Assembly (NCBI GenBank): GCA_023231475.1
Contig: JALJEE010001774.1
Location: 1-64,000, forward strand
Source: Seison nebaliae
Lineage: Eukaryota
Reading direction: 5' to 3'
DNA: 64,000 bases
In this document: positions 53,431 to 64,000 of the stretch, in pieces
Position numbering within the stretch: position 1 is the stretch's first letter
Layout: each line of letters opens with the position of its first letter
Translations under genes and position numbers: made by a program
Notes under the pieces: generated by a model
Seen by the model: the letters and a program-made list of their open reading frames with translations, nothing else
Database searches by the model: none
Told to the model about the DNA's origin: nothing

Positions 53431-54861
53431 ATGAATTTTCTTAGCCAAATGATGGGAGGTATGGGAGGTATGCCCGGTATGATGGGCGGTATGGGCGGTA
53501 TGCCAATGATGGGAGGTATGGGCGGTATGCCAATGATGGGTGGTATGCCCGGTATGATGGGAGGTATGGGAGGTATGCCAATGATGGGAGGTATGGGAGG
53601 TATGGGAATGGGCGGTATGCCAATGGGTGGTATGGGAATGGGAGGTATGGGAATGGGTGGTGGACAACCATTTACATCTATTCCTCTCCAAGGACAAGTA
53701 ATGAATAATCCTTCTGCTTATCGTTTAGTCATGTCCCGTTCAGGAGGAATGGGAGGTGGCGGCGGTTTCCCCACATTATCTTCCTTAGTTGGAGGAGGAA
53801 TGGGTGGATATGGAGGCATGGGAGGTATGCGAGGAGGAATGGGAGGAATGGGAGGTTATGGAGGTGGTTGTGGAATGGGAGGAGGTATGGGAGGAGGTAT
53901 GGGATTGGGAGGCATGGGAGGTATGGGAATGGGAGGTGGAATGGGAGGAGGAATGGGAGGTGGATGTTGCAGTGGTGGATCAAGCGGTGGATATGGCGGT
54001 TCAAGCGGTGGATATGGAGGTTCTAGTGGAGGTTATGGAGGTGGTTATGCTGCCCCTGCTCCCGCTATGGCTTATTCTGCACCCGCACCGGCAATATCTT
54101 ATGCACCAGCACCAGCTCCAATGCCAATGCCAATGCCAATGCCAATGCCAGCTCCAATGCCAATGGCCGCTCCAATGCCAGCACCAATGCCGATGCCAAT
54201 GCCAATGCCAGCACCAATGCCCATGGCAGCTCCAATGCCAATGCCAGCACCAATGCCAATGCCAGCTCCAATGCCAATGCCAGCACCAATGCCAATGCCA
54301 CAACAATCCGGCGGTGGTTGTTGTCCATGCCCACCACCTGCTCCAAGAGGAGGAGGAGGAGGATGTGGAATGGGAGGAGGAATGGGTATGGGAGGAGGAA
54401 TGGGAGGAATGGGAGGTGGATGTGGAGGAGGAATGGGTGGAGGTATGGGTGGTATGATGCCGGGAATGGGATTAGGTGGAGGTATGTCTCCAGGAATGGG
54501 AGGTGGAGCAATCTCTATGGGATTCCGACCAAACCCAGTTCTCGGTCATGTTGTTGTCAGAACGATGGGCAATGTTCCACCACAAGCAATGATGGGAATG
54601 GGAGGTATGGGTATGGGTGGTATGCCCGGTATGGGAGGTATGGGAGGTATGCCCGGTATGATGGGAGGCATGGGAGGTATGAGTCTTCCAGGATATCCAA
54701 TGATGGGCGGTATGATGCCCGGTATGGGAGGTATGGGAGGTATGATGCCAGGTATGATGGGAGGTATGCGACCAATGATGCCCGGTATGGGAGGTATGGG
54801 AGGTATGGGAGGTATGATGCCCGGTATGATGGGAGGTATGGGTATGCCACGTATGTTCTAA
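53431..54861 (+). CDS. Gly/Met-rich, Pro-Met-repeat low-complexity protein, no signal peptide
   Basis: 476-aa ORF whose repeats vary mainly at third codon positions. Shares two non-repetitive motifs with 56600-58159. Confidence 0.85.
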   Translation: MNFLSQMMGGMGGMPGMMGGMGGMPMMGGMGGMPMMGGMPGMMGGMGGMPMMGGMGGMGMGGMPMGGMGMGGMGMGGGQPFTSIPLQGQVMNNPSAYRLVMSRSGGMGGGGGFPTLSSLVGGGMGGYGGMGGMRGGMGGMGGYGGGCGMGGGMGGGMGLGGMGGMGMGGGMGGGMGGGCCSGGSSGGYGGSSGGYGGSSGGYGGGYAAPAPAMAYSAPAPAISYAPAPAPMPMPMPMPMPAPMPMAAPMPAPMPMPMPMPAPMPMAAPMPMPAPMPMPAPMPMPAPMPMPQQSGGGCCPCPPPAPRGGGGGCGMGGGMGMGGGMGGMGGGCGGGMGGGMGGMMPGMGLGGGMSPGMGGGAISMGFRPNPVLGHVVVRTMGNVPPQAMMGMGGMGMGGMPGMGGMGGMPGMMGGMGGMSLPGYPMMGGMMPGMGGMGGMMPGMMGGMRPMMPGMGGMGGMGGMMPGMMGGMGMPRMF

Positions 54862-56599
54862 GACATCTTAAGAACAACCGTCCACTATATATCCTATTTC
54901 CATTATTATTATTAGTTTATTATATCTGTAGTCAAATCAACCACATAGCCAATTCCATCAAATTCAATAGTTATCTACTTTCAATCTCAAACCTTCATTC
55001 TTAGAATCATGATAGAATAATATTATCAATCCATTATCAATTTTACTAACCAAATATGGTTCCAACAATTATTAGTCTCTTTAGTTTCATCGAATTCACT
55101 CGATCAATTTCCAAATATTCATCATTAGAAAAAATATTTGAGTCTCTTTATCTTAATTCTTATAGTCAAATTATTCGATTATCAATATTTATAAAATATA
55201 CCCAAAAACAGAAACTACCCGTCTTATCGTTTATTACACAAATTCCATCCAATATCTTTAGTTAGAGCTATTGCAATCGTTTCAAACCCAAACAATTATT
55301 CAAGTAAGTTGTTATTCTTTTCCTGAGAAAAGAATTATGAAGAAATCCTACGAACAAACCAGATTAGACAATTGATTAAAATCGATTCATTTTGCACAAT
55401 AATCAATGATTATCAATTTTATTTGGAAAGAAACCATTTTTCTTCATTCTATTCCATTTTATTCTTCATTTATTATTATCATTCAATATTGCTCCGTCGA
55501 ATATGTGTCTTCATATATTGTCGATGTCGAGCATAATTATTAAGAGCAATTAAAGAAAATAAATTTGCCTACCTATTTCTCTTTCAACATCTTCCTCTTT
55601 CACTTTCACAATTACTCTGATGATTGTCTGTCGGCTTCTTCTTCTACCACTGAATCTTCGAAATTGTTCATTTCTTTTTATTACGATGAAACAAATATAC
55701 AAATTGAAACTATGAAACATGCTTTAAATATTTCGAATTTTTCATTCATTTTCTTCTCATTCTAAATACATATTATACAACAGATTATTTTCGAGTAAAT
55801 TTCAATTGAAAAAAAGAAGAAAATTTCCTTCATTTTCCTCAAAATTTGTTAGAAAACTTTTGAAATAATATTTAATTGTATCACATCTTAATATGTCGAT
55901 CGTTCAGTATAAGGAAGTTGAAATCAATATTAAAATATATTAATTTAGTATAAGGTGAATCGTACTTTCTCCATTTACTTTTTAACTTGTTTAATTTAAC
56001 AATCGGAACTTTCTCAAAACAAAACGTGAAACGAATCTTTCATCGTTCATAAGGCAAAATTCGATCAATGTTATGCAACTTTAACTGCAATAATGCTGTA
56101 GTCAATGTTTGCTTATATCATGTTAGTTTCTCATGTCGAATACTTAGATATGATGACAAGATAAAATTCTCGCTAAAAATCAAGTAGAAACGGATTACAC
56201 ATTTATTGGCTGAACGAAACGATAATTCGAATAGTAAAATTGATCACTTTCTGACGTTCGGCATCGGAGAACGAAGGATATTTTTCATATTCTTGTTGAA
56301 CTTTTCACATTTTAACACATTTTTCCTCAACAAATGTCTCCATATCTTCCTACCGACATTTATCCATATTTGTTAAAGGAAATGAAGTTCTCATTATTTG
56401 GAAGAAGATTTCTTGATTGATTTGTTTCATAAGAATATTCATAATAGAAACAAAAGCGATTGTCATCCTTTTCAATTATCATACATTCCCCGTTTTCTTT
56501 TTCTTCTTCTTTTTTAATAGATCCTCTTAAATAAAGTTTCCTTCATTCAAATCATTTCATACTTGCTGATCAATTTTCACATAATCTTATTGTTTCGAT

Positions 56600-58159
56600 A
56601 TGTCTCTAATTACACAATTGTTATTTCCAACAATGAGTACAGCTAATGGATTATTGAGAAACAGTTCAGGTTTCTTCCCCAATTCCGGAATGTCTAACTT
56701 TTATAATTCGACTTTTCCAAACCTTCTTACCGCTAATGCGACACCACTTCCAATGGGTATACTTAACGGATTTTTCCCATCAAATGTCCTACCTCAAATG
56801 GGTATGCCGATTAATGGCGTTCCCTTCACTTCCTTACCAATCCAGGGATTAGTGATGAATACTCCATCCGCTGCCAGAACTATCTTATCAAGAAGTTCGG
56901 GTATTGGCGTTTATGGTATGAATGCCGGTTCTTTTGGAAACCATCAAAACTTAGGAAATTATGGTTTGCCAATGATGTCTTCATGCTCTGTTGGCAATTT
57001 CAATAACAATTTAATGAATATGAATAATTGTTATGGTATGGAAGGAATGAATTATTATAATCAATTGAACACTTATAATCAAACATCGCCACAATGGAAT
57101 CGTCAAAATTATCAACAATATCAGTCATATCCACAACCGAATTTCCAACAATCGAATTTCCAACAACCGAATTTCCAACAACCGAATTTCCAACAATCAA
57201 TCGATATGTCTCCTCAAACTATTCAAATGTTAACAGCAATGGCACCAATGATGCCACAAATAAATGAGATTCAAAAGAATCTCTATAATCCCTCCATGAT
57301 TTTCAGTGATCATAAAAGAGGTTTCGCCTATTCTCCTCCCGTACCACCACGCGAACCAATGGAAACGGCCATAATGCCGATAGCTATAACTATACCAAGA
57401 AGCAAATTACCATCATATGATTCCCAGTATTCACCTGATAATGATATTTCATCATCCATCTCATCATCATTCGAAGATTATGGTAATTCTTATGGATTCC
57501 ATCCCAATCTCTCATATGCGTCAATTCCATTAAAAGGATTACAATCCTCTATTAGTCAACCGATGTCAATGCCATATTATGGTGTCACATCATTCATCAA
57601 TCAGAATATGTCCAACAATCAATCACCGTCAGTAATTCCATCAAATACTTTCAATTCCTCACAATCCTTCCAACCCATTTCAACTTACCCACAAAAGCTT
57701 GATAATAATTTAATGAATTATTCTTCATTGACACCGTTTAATAATTCTTCAACAGTTCCTCAAACAACTTATTCATATTATAATTCAAATAAACACTATC
57801 CATCTCAACCATCCAACATTCCTCCTCAAACAACACTTAATCAGTATCAATATAATAACACGCAACAACCGTTTCAAGATGATTTCGTCGAATTCAACAA
57901 TTCCTCAAATTACAATCTTCAACCAAATAGTCACTTATCGTCCTTAACTACTACTCCGTCGTTGTTTAATCAAGGTGAATTGAGTGGTCTGATGCCGTTG
58001 GTAAATAATCCGTTCGAGAACGGCGCCATCCTCTCACCCACAGTAATTTCATGCGGATTTCAACCTTCACCAATTTTGGGTCATATTAAAATGAGATATT
58101 TCCCTAAAGGTCACGGTTTACGAATGGCGACTAGTCTTCCTCGTACGTTCTGGGAATGA
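56600..58159 (+). CDS. Asn/Gln/Ser/Pro-rich low-complexity protein, paralog of 53431-54861
   Basis: 519-aa ORF with QQPNF repeats. Shares the PFTS.P.QG.VMN.PSA..SRS.G and IS.GF.P.P.LGH motifs. Confidence 0.85.
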   Translation: MSLITQLLFPTMSTANGLLRNSSGFFPNSGMSNFYNSTFPNLLTANATPLPMGILNGFFPSNVLPQMGMPINGVPFTSLPIQGLVMNTPSAARTILSRSSGIGVYGMNAGSFGNHQNLGNYGLPMMSSCSVGNFNNNLMNMNNCYGMEGMNYYNQLNTYNQTSPQWNRQNYQQYQSYPQPNFQQSNFQQPNFQQPNFQQSIDMSPQTIQMLTAMAPMMPQINEIQKNLYNPSMIFSDHKRGFAYSPPVPPREPMETAIMPIAITIPRSKLPSYDSQYSPDNDISSSISSSFEDYGNSYGFHPNLSYASIPLKGLQSSISQPMSMPYYGVTSFINQNMSNNQSPSVIPSNTFNSSQSFQPISTYPQKLDNNLMNYSSLTPFNNSSTVPQTTYSYYNSNKHYPSQPSNIPPQTTLNQYQYNNTQQPFQDDFVEFNNSSNYNLQPNSHLSSLTTTPSLFNQGELSGLMPLVNNPFENGAILSPTVISCGFQPSPILGHIKMRYFPKGHGLRMATSLPRTFWE

Positions 58160-58753
58160 AATGAAGAAGAATCAATAATTAACTGAAAGAATTTCCTAAA
58201 GAATCTTTTTCCACCTTCGTCTTCTCCTTTTTCATCATTAGCTCATCGAACATTAATTGTAAAGGAATCCAATTCCTTCAAACAAAAAACACTCTAATTA
58301 TTTTCTAGACAGACACTAAAAAATCATTCAGTAATCTTATGTTACTGTTGACTTCTTATTCATCTTATTCAACGTAACATCGCAACGAAACGTTTCCAAA
58401 TGCATCATTTCCTGAAATTGGAAACGTTTCCAAATATAAAAATTCCAATAGATTTCTTTCATCATTGTCATCATTATGTGATCGGAACTCTTCTACTCTC
58501 TCTCCGTTTCTTTCTCGCCTTATCATTCTACTCATCATTCCGTTACGAACATCATGTTGACTTAGTTTCCGATGAATCTTTATGAATTTTTAACGTGTAT
58601 TAAAAAGAAAATTTTAGAAATAAATCAAACTTTTCTTTCTACGTAACAACTTAAGAATTGCCAAGTATTTCTTTAAAAGTAATTTTTCTTAAAAAATCCG
58701 TTTATTGAAAACATCATTCTCAACTCAATATCATCATTTATCATTGATTGAAA

Positions 58754-59192
58754 ATGCATAAACTTCTTCCAATCATCTGTCTCTTATCTGTCACTATCTC
58801 ATCTGTTTACTCCATCCAATGTTACCTCTGTGCACCAGGAACTGCCGATTGTGATTTACAAGGTAAAAAGTTCAGAAAGAGTCCATTGACTTATACAACA
58901 CATTGTCAAGGAAGTTGTGCGGTTAGTGAATACTTGAAGTTCTCTCTTTTTCTTATTCCTCCTTTAGAAACGATGGGTAAAAGATCCACTGACAAATAAA
59001 CGACAGATTATGAGAACATGTGACGTTCCCGGTTGTGCTAATATTACCAATCACGAAGTCAACACCGGATTATATATCTATGAAACTCATTGTTGTCAGA
59101 ATAAAGACTTTTGTAATAACTCACCAACAATCACCAAATCAGTATTTCTGATCATTTCAACAGTACTTTTATCAATGATCCTTCGATTTTAA
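58754..59192 (+). CDS. GPI-anchored Ly6/uPAR three-finger protein, 2 exons (intron 58922-58967)
   Basis: Signal peptide, IQCYLC, GSCAK, IMRTC, CCQNKDFCN and a hydrophobic C-terminal GPI signal. The intron joins the two ORFs in frame. Confidence 0.88.
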
Positions 59193-60191
59193 TTGAGCTA
59201 ATGTGAACATTTATTTTCTTGTTGTCTCGCCGATTTATCTATTTTCCAATTCTACTCAATCACTCCAATGTCTTTTGTCATTAAATGTTATCCAAAAAAA
59301 CTTCAAACAAATTTTTTCTATGTATCACATTTTTTAAGAACAAGAACTTTAAATGAAAAATTTAATTTTCATTCAATATCAGTCATTGTAGAAAGATAAT
59401 AACTATTCTCCCATATTATCTGAAATATAAAGAAATAATAATATCTGAAAGTTTTCGTTCTCAAATATAAAGAATGATTAATTTCTATCTAATAATTATT
59501 TATCATTCTATTGGTCATTGAGCCGCCGAGCAATATCGCCGGATAATGATGGAGAACAACTTTCGAAGAACCATAATTACGGTGAAGAAGAATAAAACTG
59601 TAATCTGAAATATGTCATAAGCCAAAGGAACAGGAAAAAAAATTATGTTTCAGGAACAAATTTTTTTGTCTAACTTTTATCATTTGTTCCAGAACAGCTG
59701 TTAATTATTCTCATCTAACAATTTCTAAAAGTTCCTAACTTTGTTCCATATCATTAGTCAATTTACACAGTTATTCATGTGGTCATTAGCGTTGTATTGT
59801 TTCGATTGTAGATAATTTTTTATATTATTTTATTTTTAAATTTATTTCCCAAAAACTTTAAATATAAGGATACAATAGGAATATAAATAAAAATTAAATA
59901 CGATTAAATAGATACGATATAAATAAATTAATAGTTCTTTTCCTCTAAAAAAGTTGAGACATAAACGTATGAAAGTGAGAAAAAAATTGAGAACTTTTCG
60001 AAATGTTAATAACGGGTTGAGAACGGTAAGAAAAGAAGAAAACAAAATTTTTTAATTATATCTATCTACATGAAATTAACAATTTGTTTGACTATATATG
60101 TTCGATTAATGATATCTATTTCATTTATGATTATATTGATTTTTTGAAAGAAGATGTGAATAGAAACTGAATGGTTTCAATGTATTAACAA

Positions 60192-60986
60192 TCAATAATC
60201 ACAATTATGATATTTTTCGTTGAAAGTGCTTAAAAATTCTTTTGATATACAAGAAGATTGTGCGTTGAATTGAGGAATTTGGGTAAAACGACAGTTTTTC
60301 GGAAGATGTTTCAAAAATCGTCCGTCCATTAAAATTTTATTAATAGAATCAACATTCATTCCTTCTTTCGTTATCGTTCTGGTAATAGTGGGATGTTTTT
60401 TCTGGAATTGCTGATATATCCAAATTTTCCGTTTGATACTTTCCAAATAATCAGGAAATACTTTTATATAGTATCTCATAAAACCCGAATATTTGTACGA
60501 AGTAAGATTCCGACGATAATTCATAATAAAACGCGATTTGGGAAATAATTTCAGCAGAAATTCTAATTCGTATAATTCTTTAAATCTGATCTCTTTGAAA
60601 CCGAGTACATTATAATTGTCTGTGTTATCAACTCCAACGAGAAGGTCCAAAATCATTCTTCTAAAATATCGACTTCTCTCTTTCCTATCCGTTTTATCGT
60701 CGTCATTCTGATGAGCGAATCTTAAAACATAATAAATATTTCTAATGTGCATCATCGCATTTTTGTTTTCCCCATCAATAAAATAATTTGGTAAAGAATT
60801 TAATAAATATCTCAATGTTGTACTTCCACTTCTTCCAACTGAAACGATGAACAACATATTCTTGTTAAAAGGTCGAACTGATATCGATTTGTTTATTGTG
60901 CGAGGTGGACGATAATCGGTATATTTGAGGTATATGATATAAGTCAAAGATGAATATAATAATAGGTAAAGGAATTTGATTTGCAT
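60192..60986 (-). CDS. Type II membrane-anchored sulfotransferase (P-loop sulfotransferase family), intronless
   Basis: N-terminal hydrophobic anchor; 5'-PSB-like loop FIVSVGRSGSTTLRYLLN; GFKEIR; LFPKSRFIMNYRR (3'-PB-like). Confidence 0.8.
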   Translation of the reverse strand: MQIKFLYLLLYSSLTYIIYLKYTDYRPPRTINKSISVRPFNKNMLFIVSVGRSGSTTLRYLLNSLPNYFIDGENKNAMMHIRNIYYVLRFAHQNDDDKTDRKERSRYFRRMILDLLVGVDNTDNYNVLGFKEIRFKELYELEFLLKLFPKSRFIMNYRRNLTSYKYSGFMRYYIKVFPDYLESIKRKIWIYQQFQKKHPTITRTITKEGMNVDSINKILMDGRFLKHLPKNCRFTQIPQFNAQSSCISKEFLSTFNEKYHNCDY

Positions 60987-61703
60987 TTCTTGATTTTTAT
61001 AATACGGAGAATAAGAGAACGGTTTTCAGATGATTTTTATACACTCGAAACTATTTCACTAAATCTTTCATTAAAGTTATTATTTCAAATTGTTATTAAG
61101 ATTAATTTTATGACATTGGAAATAAAAAACATATCATCAAGTTACGTCATCTAGAAAATGTTTTTTGTTTTATATAATAATTTTGATATCGAGATATTAT
61201 CGAGAACGAATTTTCATCATTAACGATTAAAAACCATCAATCAACGAAGAAAGGATAAAGTAAAATTTATTTGAATTTCTCATGAAGAATTTAATGGAGG
61301 AACAATTAATCGAATTATGAATTTATTCTTCTACAAATTTATTGAAACTATCTCAAATTTAATATTTAATAATTCAAATTTCATTCCGTCATATTACACA
61401 TAATCGTCAAATTATAAAAGCTTAAACATAATTGGAGAATTACTCGAGGAGGATTAAGCCGATTAAATTAATTTTTTATAGAAATAATTTAAAATTTATT
61501 TATTTAAAAATCATCAGAATTTGGTTTTGATCATTATTTTCTTTTTCTTCCTGTGTCTTTCATAAATGGACGGGCCAAATTTCTAAATAAACTCTTACAA
61601 AGAAATTTGTGTTTATTATAAAAGAAAGTTCATCGGTAGTCTTGAAAAATCTCTAAAAATTGAACATTTATCATCAGAGAAGGTTCATAAGTTTGATTAG
61701 ATA

Positions 61704-63525
61704 ATGTTAAGGAATCGTTTCTCTTTATTTACAAATCAATGTCGATGGAATTCGACATTAGTAAAAGATTTGAAAAATATTTGTAAAAATAATTGTAAAA
61801 TAAGTAGTGGTCCATCGATCATCCAACAACATTCTCATGATGAATCTCATCATCGGTTTTCCTTTTCTTTTATTAATTTTCACTTTATATAATAATTGAA
61901 AAAATTTCTGAAGAAAATTTCTTCCAAACATTGTAATTTTTCCGACGAATGAAGAAGATATCTCATCCATTCTATCATATTGTAACAAAAATTTTATTTC
62001 TGTAATTCCTTATGGCGTTGGAACAGGATTGGAAGGTGGAGTAGTTCCGTTGAAAGTTAGAAATTTAATGAGTCGATTTTAAATGAAACGTTTCGAAAGG
62101 ATAATTCGATTTCGATAAATATGGAGAAAATGAATAAAATTATTGAAGTGAATCCATTCGATTTTGATTGTATCGTTGAAAGTGGTGTGACGAGAGAGAA
62201 ACTTAATCATTTCTTGAAAGATGATGGTCTTTATTTCCCTATCGGTTTCCTCTTCATTTTTTATATAGAATTATGAGATTATTAATTTCAAATAGATCCA
62301 GGTGCTAACGCTTCACTTGGGGGAATGTGTTCGACATCAGCCAGTGGAACAACAGCTGTTCGATATGGAACGATGAAAGAGAATGTTCTAAATTTACGAG
62401 TGGTCCTTCCATCCGGTGAGATAATAAAAACAGCCGGAAAACAATGTCGTGCCAGGTTCCACATTTTTTCTTCTTAATAAAAGAGATAATTTGAGAAATT
62501 TTAAAGAAAAAGTTCAGCTGGATTAAATTTGACGAGTTTATTTGTGGGATCAGAAGGTACACTTGGTGTCATTTCTGAGGCTACATTAAAATTACATGCT
62601 GTACCGATGGAAGTTTATATCTTTAACTCATTTTCGAATATTATTCCATTCTTAGTTAGGTGTTTGTGTCGTTTCATTTAAAAATGATCAGATAACACAC
62701 GAGGCAGTAAATACAATTTTATTATCAGGAGTGACATTATCTCGAATGGGTTGGTTAAATTTGTAGAGAAGTTAATTCGATTTTGGATAATGAGAATAGA
62801 ATATTTGAATGATGTAATGGTTGGAGCGTGCAATAAATATTCGAATTTATCTCTTCATAAATTGCCACATCTTTTCATCGAAGTGGAAGGTGTCGATAGT
62901 GATGAATTAAATATGAAATTGGAAAATATTCGATCATTATGTGAATCTTTCGAACCGAAATCATTGGAAATAGCGTTAAGCTTAGAGGAACGAAAGAAAT
63001 TATGGGCCGCCCGTCACAATTGTCTTTATGCAACGAAAAATATGAGGAACAATTCTGAGATGTATGTCACTGATATATGTGTACCATTATCAAACATTGG
63101 ACCATCGATTGAATTTAGTCGTAAATGTTTGGATGAAACCAAATTAATCGGTTTATTATTTCCTTCATCATTCTATGTTAATATCATTCTTTTAGGAACA
63201 ATTCTTGGTCATTTAGGTGATGGGAATTATCATTTATTTATTCATGTCAATTCAAATGACGAATTAGAAATAGCGAAAGATCTTTCTACCAAAATTGCAG
63301 AGTTTTTTTTAAATTTCTAACTCAAACAAAACTTCTTTTTTTTAAAGACATGCTATATCTTTAGATGGTACTTGTACAGGAGAACACGGAATAGGAATCG
63401 GTAAACGACATCTGCTAAAGAATCAGTTTGATCCGTTGACCTATAATTTCATGAAATCGTTGAAGAAACATGTTGATCCAAATGGAATAATGAATCCAAA
63501 CAAAATGTTTTATCTCGATGAATAA
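61704..63525 (+). CDS. LDHD: FAD-dependent D-lactate dehydrogenase, mitochondrial, 9 exons
   Basis: [93 protein letters not shown]. Eight introns of 43-58 nt all restore the frame. Confidence 0.95.
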
Positions 63526-64000
63526 TGAAATAAGAGTTTAAAAGAAAAGATTGACCATTTTGGTATGTTTTTGGGGAAAATGAGTGAAATACTTAAATCG
63601 CCACCAATTTTTCAATTAATTTATGAAGAAGTTATTAAAGAGATATTACATTTTCACATGTAGAATAAGTAAGGTTTTGAGAAAATCTAGTAAATTACAA
63701 TTTGCAATTTTACGGTACGAATTAAAGAACCTATAGTTTATTTACTCTTTCTTACACAATGGAAAAATAGGAATTACACTGTATAACAATCTAAAATATT
63801 GTGATTTTACCATAAATCTTTGATTATGCTGTTGACATCCTTACATTGTTAGTTGTTCCAATAATTGAAGATAATGTTGAAAATAATGATAAGAAATTGT
63901 TGATGAATGTAAAAATGAACGACCAAAATGAAGTGTAGGAAGTAATTTTTAAAATATTACATTTTCTTCATTAACCTTCCTTATTGATAAGTTTCCGGTT

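Noticed and set aside
53401..55004. Overlapping alternative-frame and antisense ORFs (poly-WH, QC, EEEW, RYGRY, HTSH)
   Set aside because: By-products of the GGN-ATG and CCA-ATG repeats. Only the Gly/Met frame shares motifs with the 56600 paralog and shows synonymous variation.

Overview
Very AT-rich eukaryotic (animal) genomic DNA with densely packed genes and mostly very short introns (~42-60 nt). It looks like a compact invertebrate genome, but the species cannot be identified from sequence alone. Genes reconstructed by hand: an unknown nuclear-type ORF, a tandem trio of related secreted/membrane proteins, a very divergent 7TM receptor, a class I sirtuin, an UNC-5-like receptor after a ~15 kb gene-poor tract, an unknown type I membrane protein, a papilin-like ECM protein, a neuropeptide-type GPCR, eIF4A-III, pyruvate carboxylase, two low-complexity paralogs, a GPI-anchored Ly6 protein, a sulfotransferase and D-lactate dehydrogenase. 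Three observations stand out. (1) Splice signals are shifted: 27 of 28 tallied introns begin GTT rather than GTA/GTG, and 10 of 28 end AAG. (2) Two neighbouring intronless low-complexity proteins of very different composition share the same two short ordered motifs, suggesting an unrecognised structural-protein family. (3) A three-gene propeptide-like family with SMExMSxDKG, Cx3Cx3Cx3C and PIYP motifs has one member anchored in the membrane.
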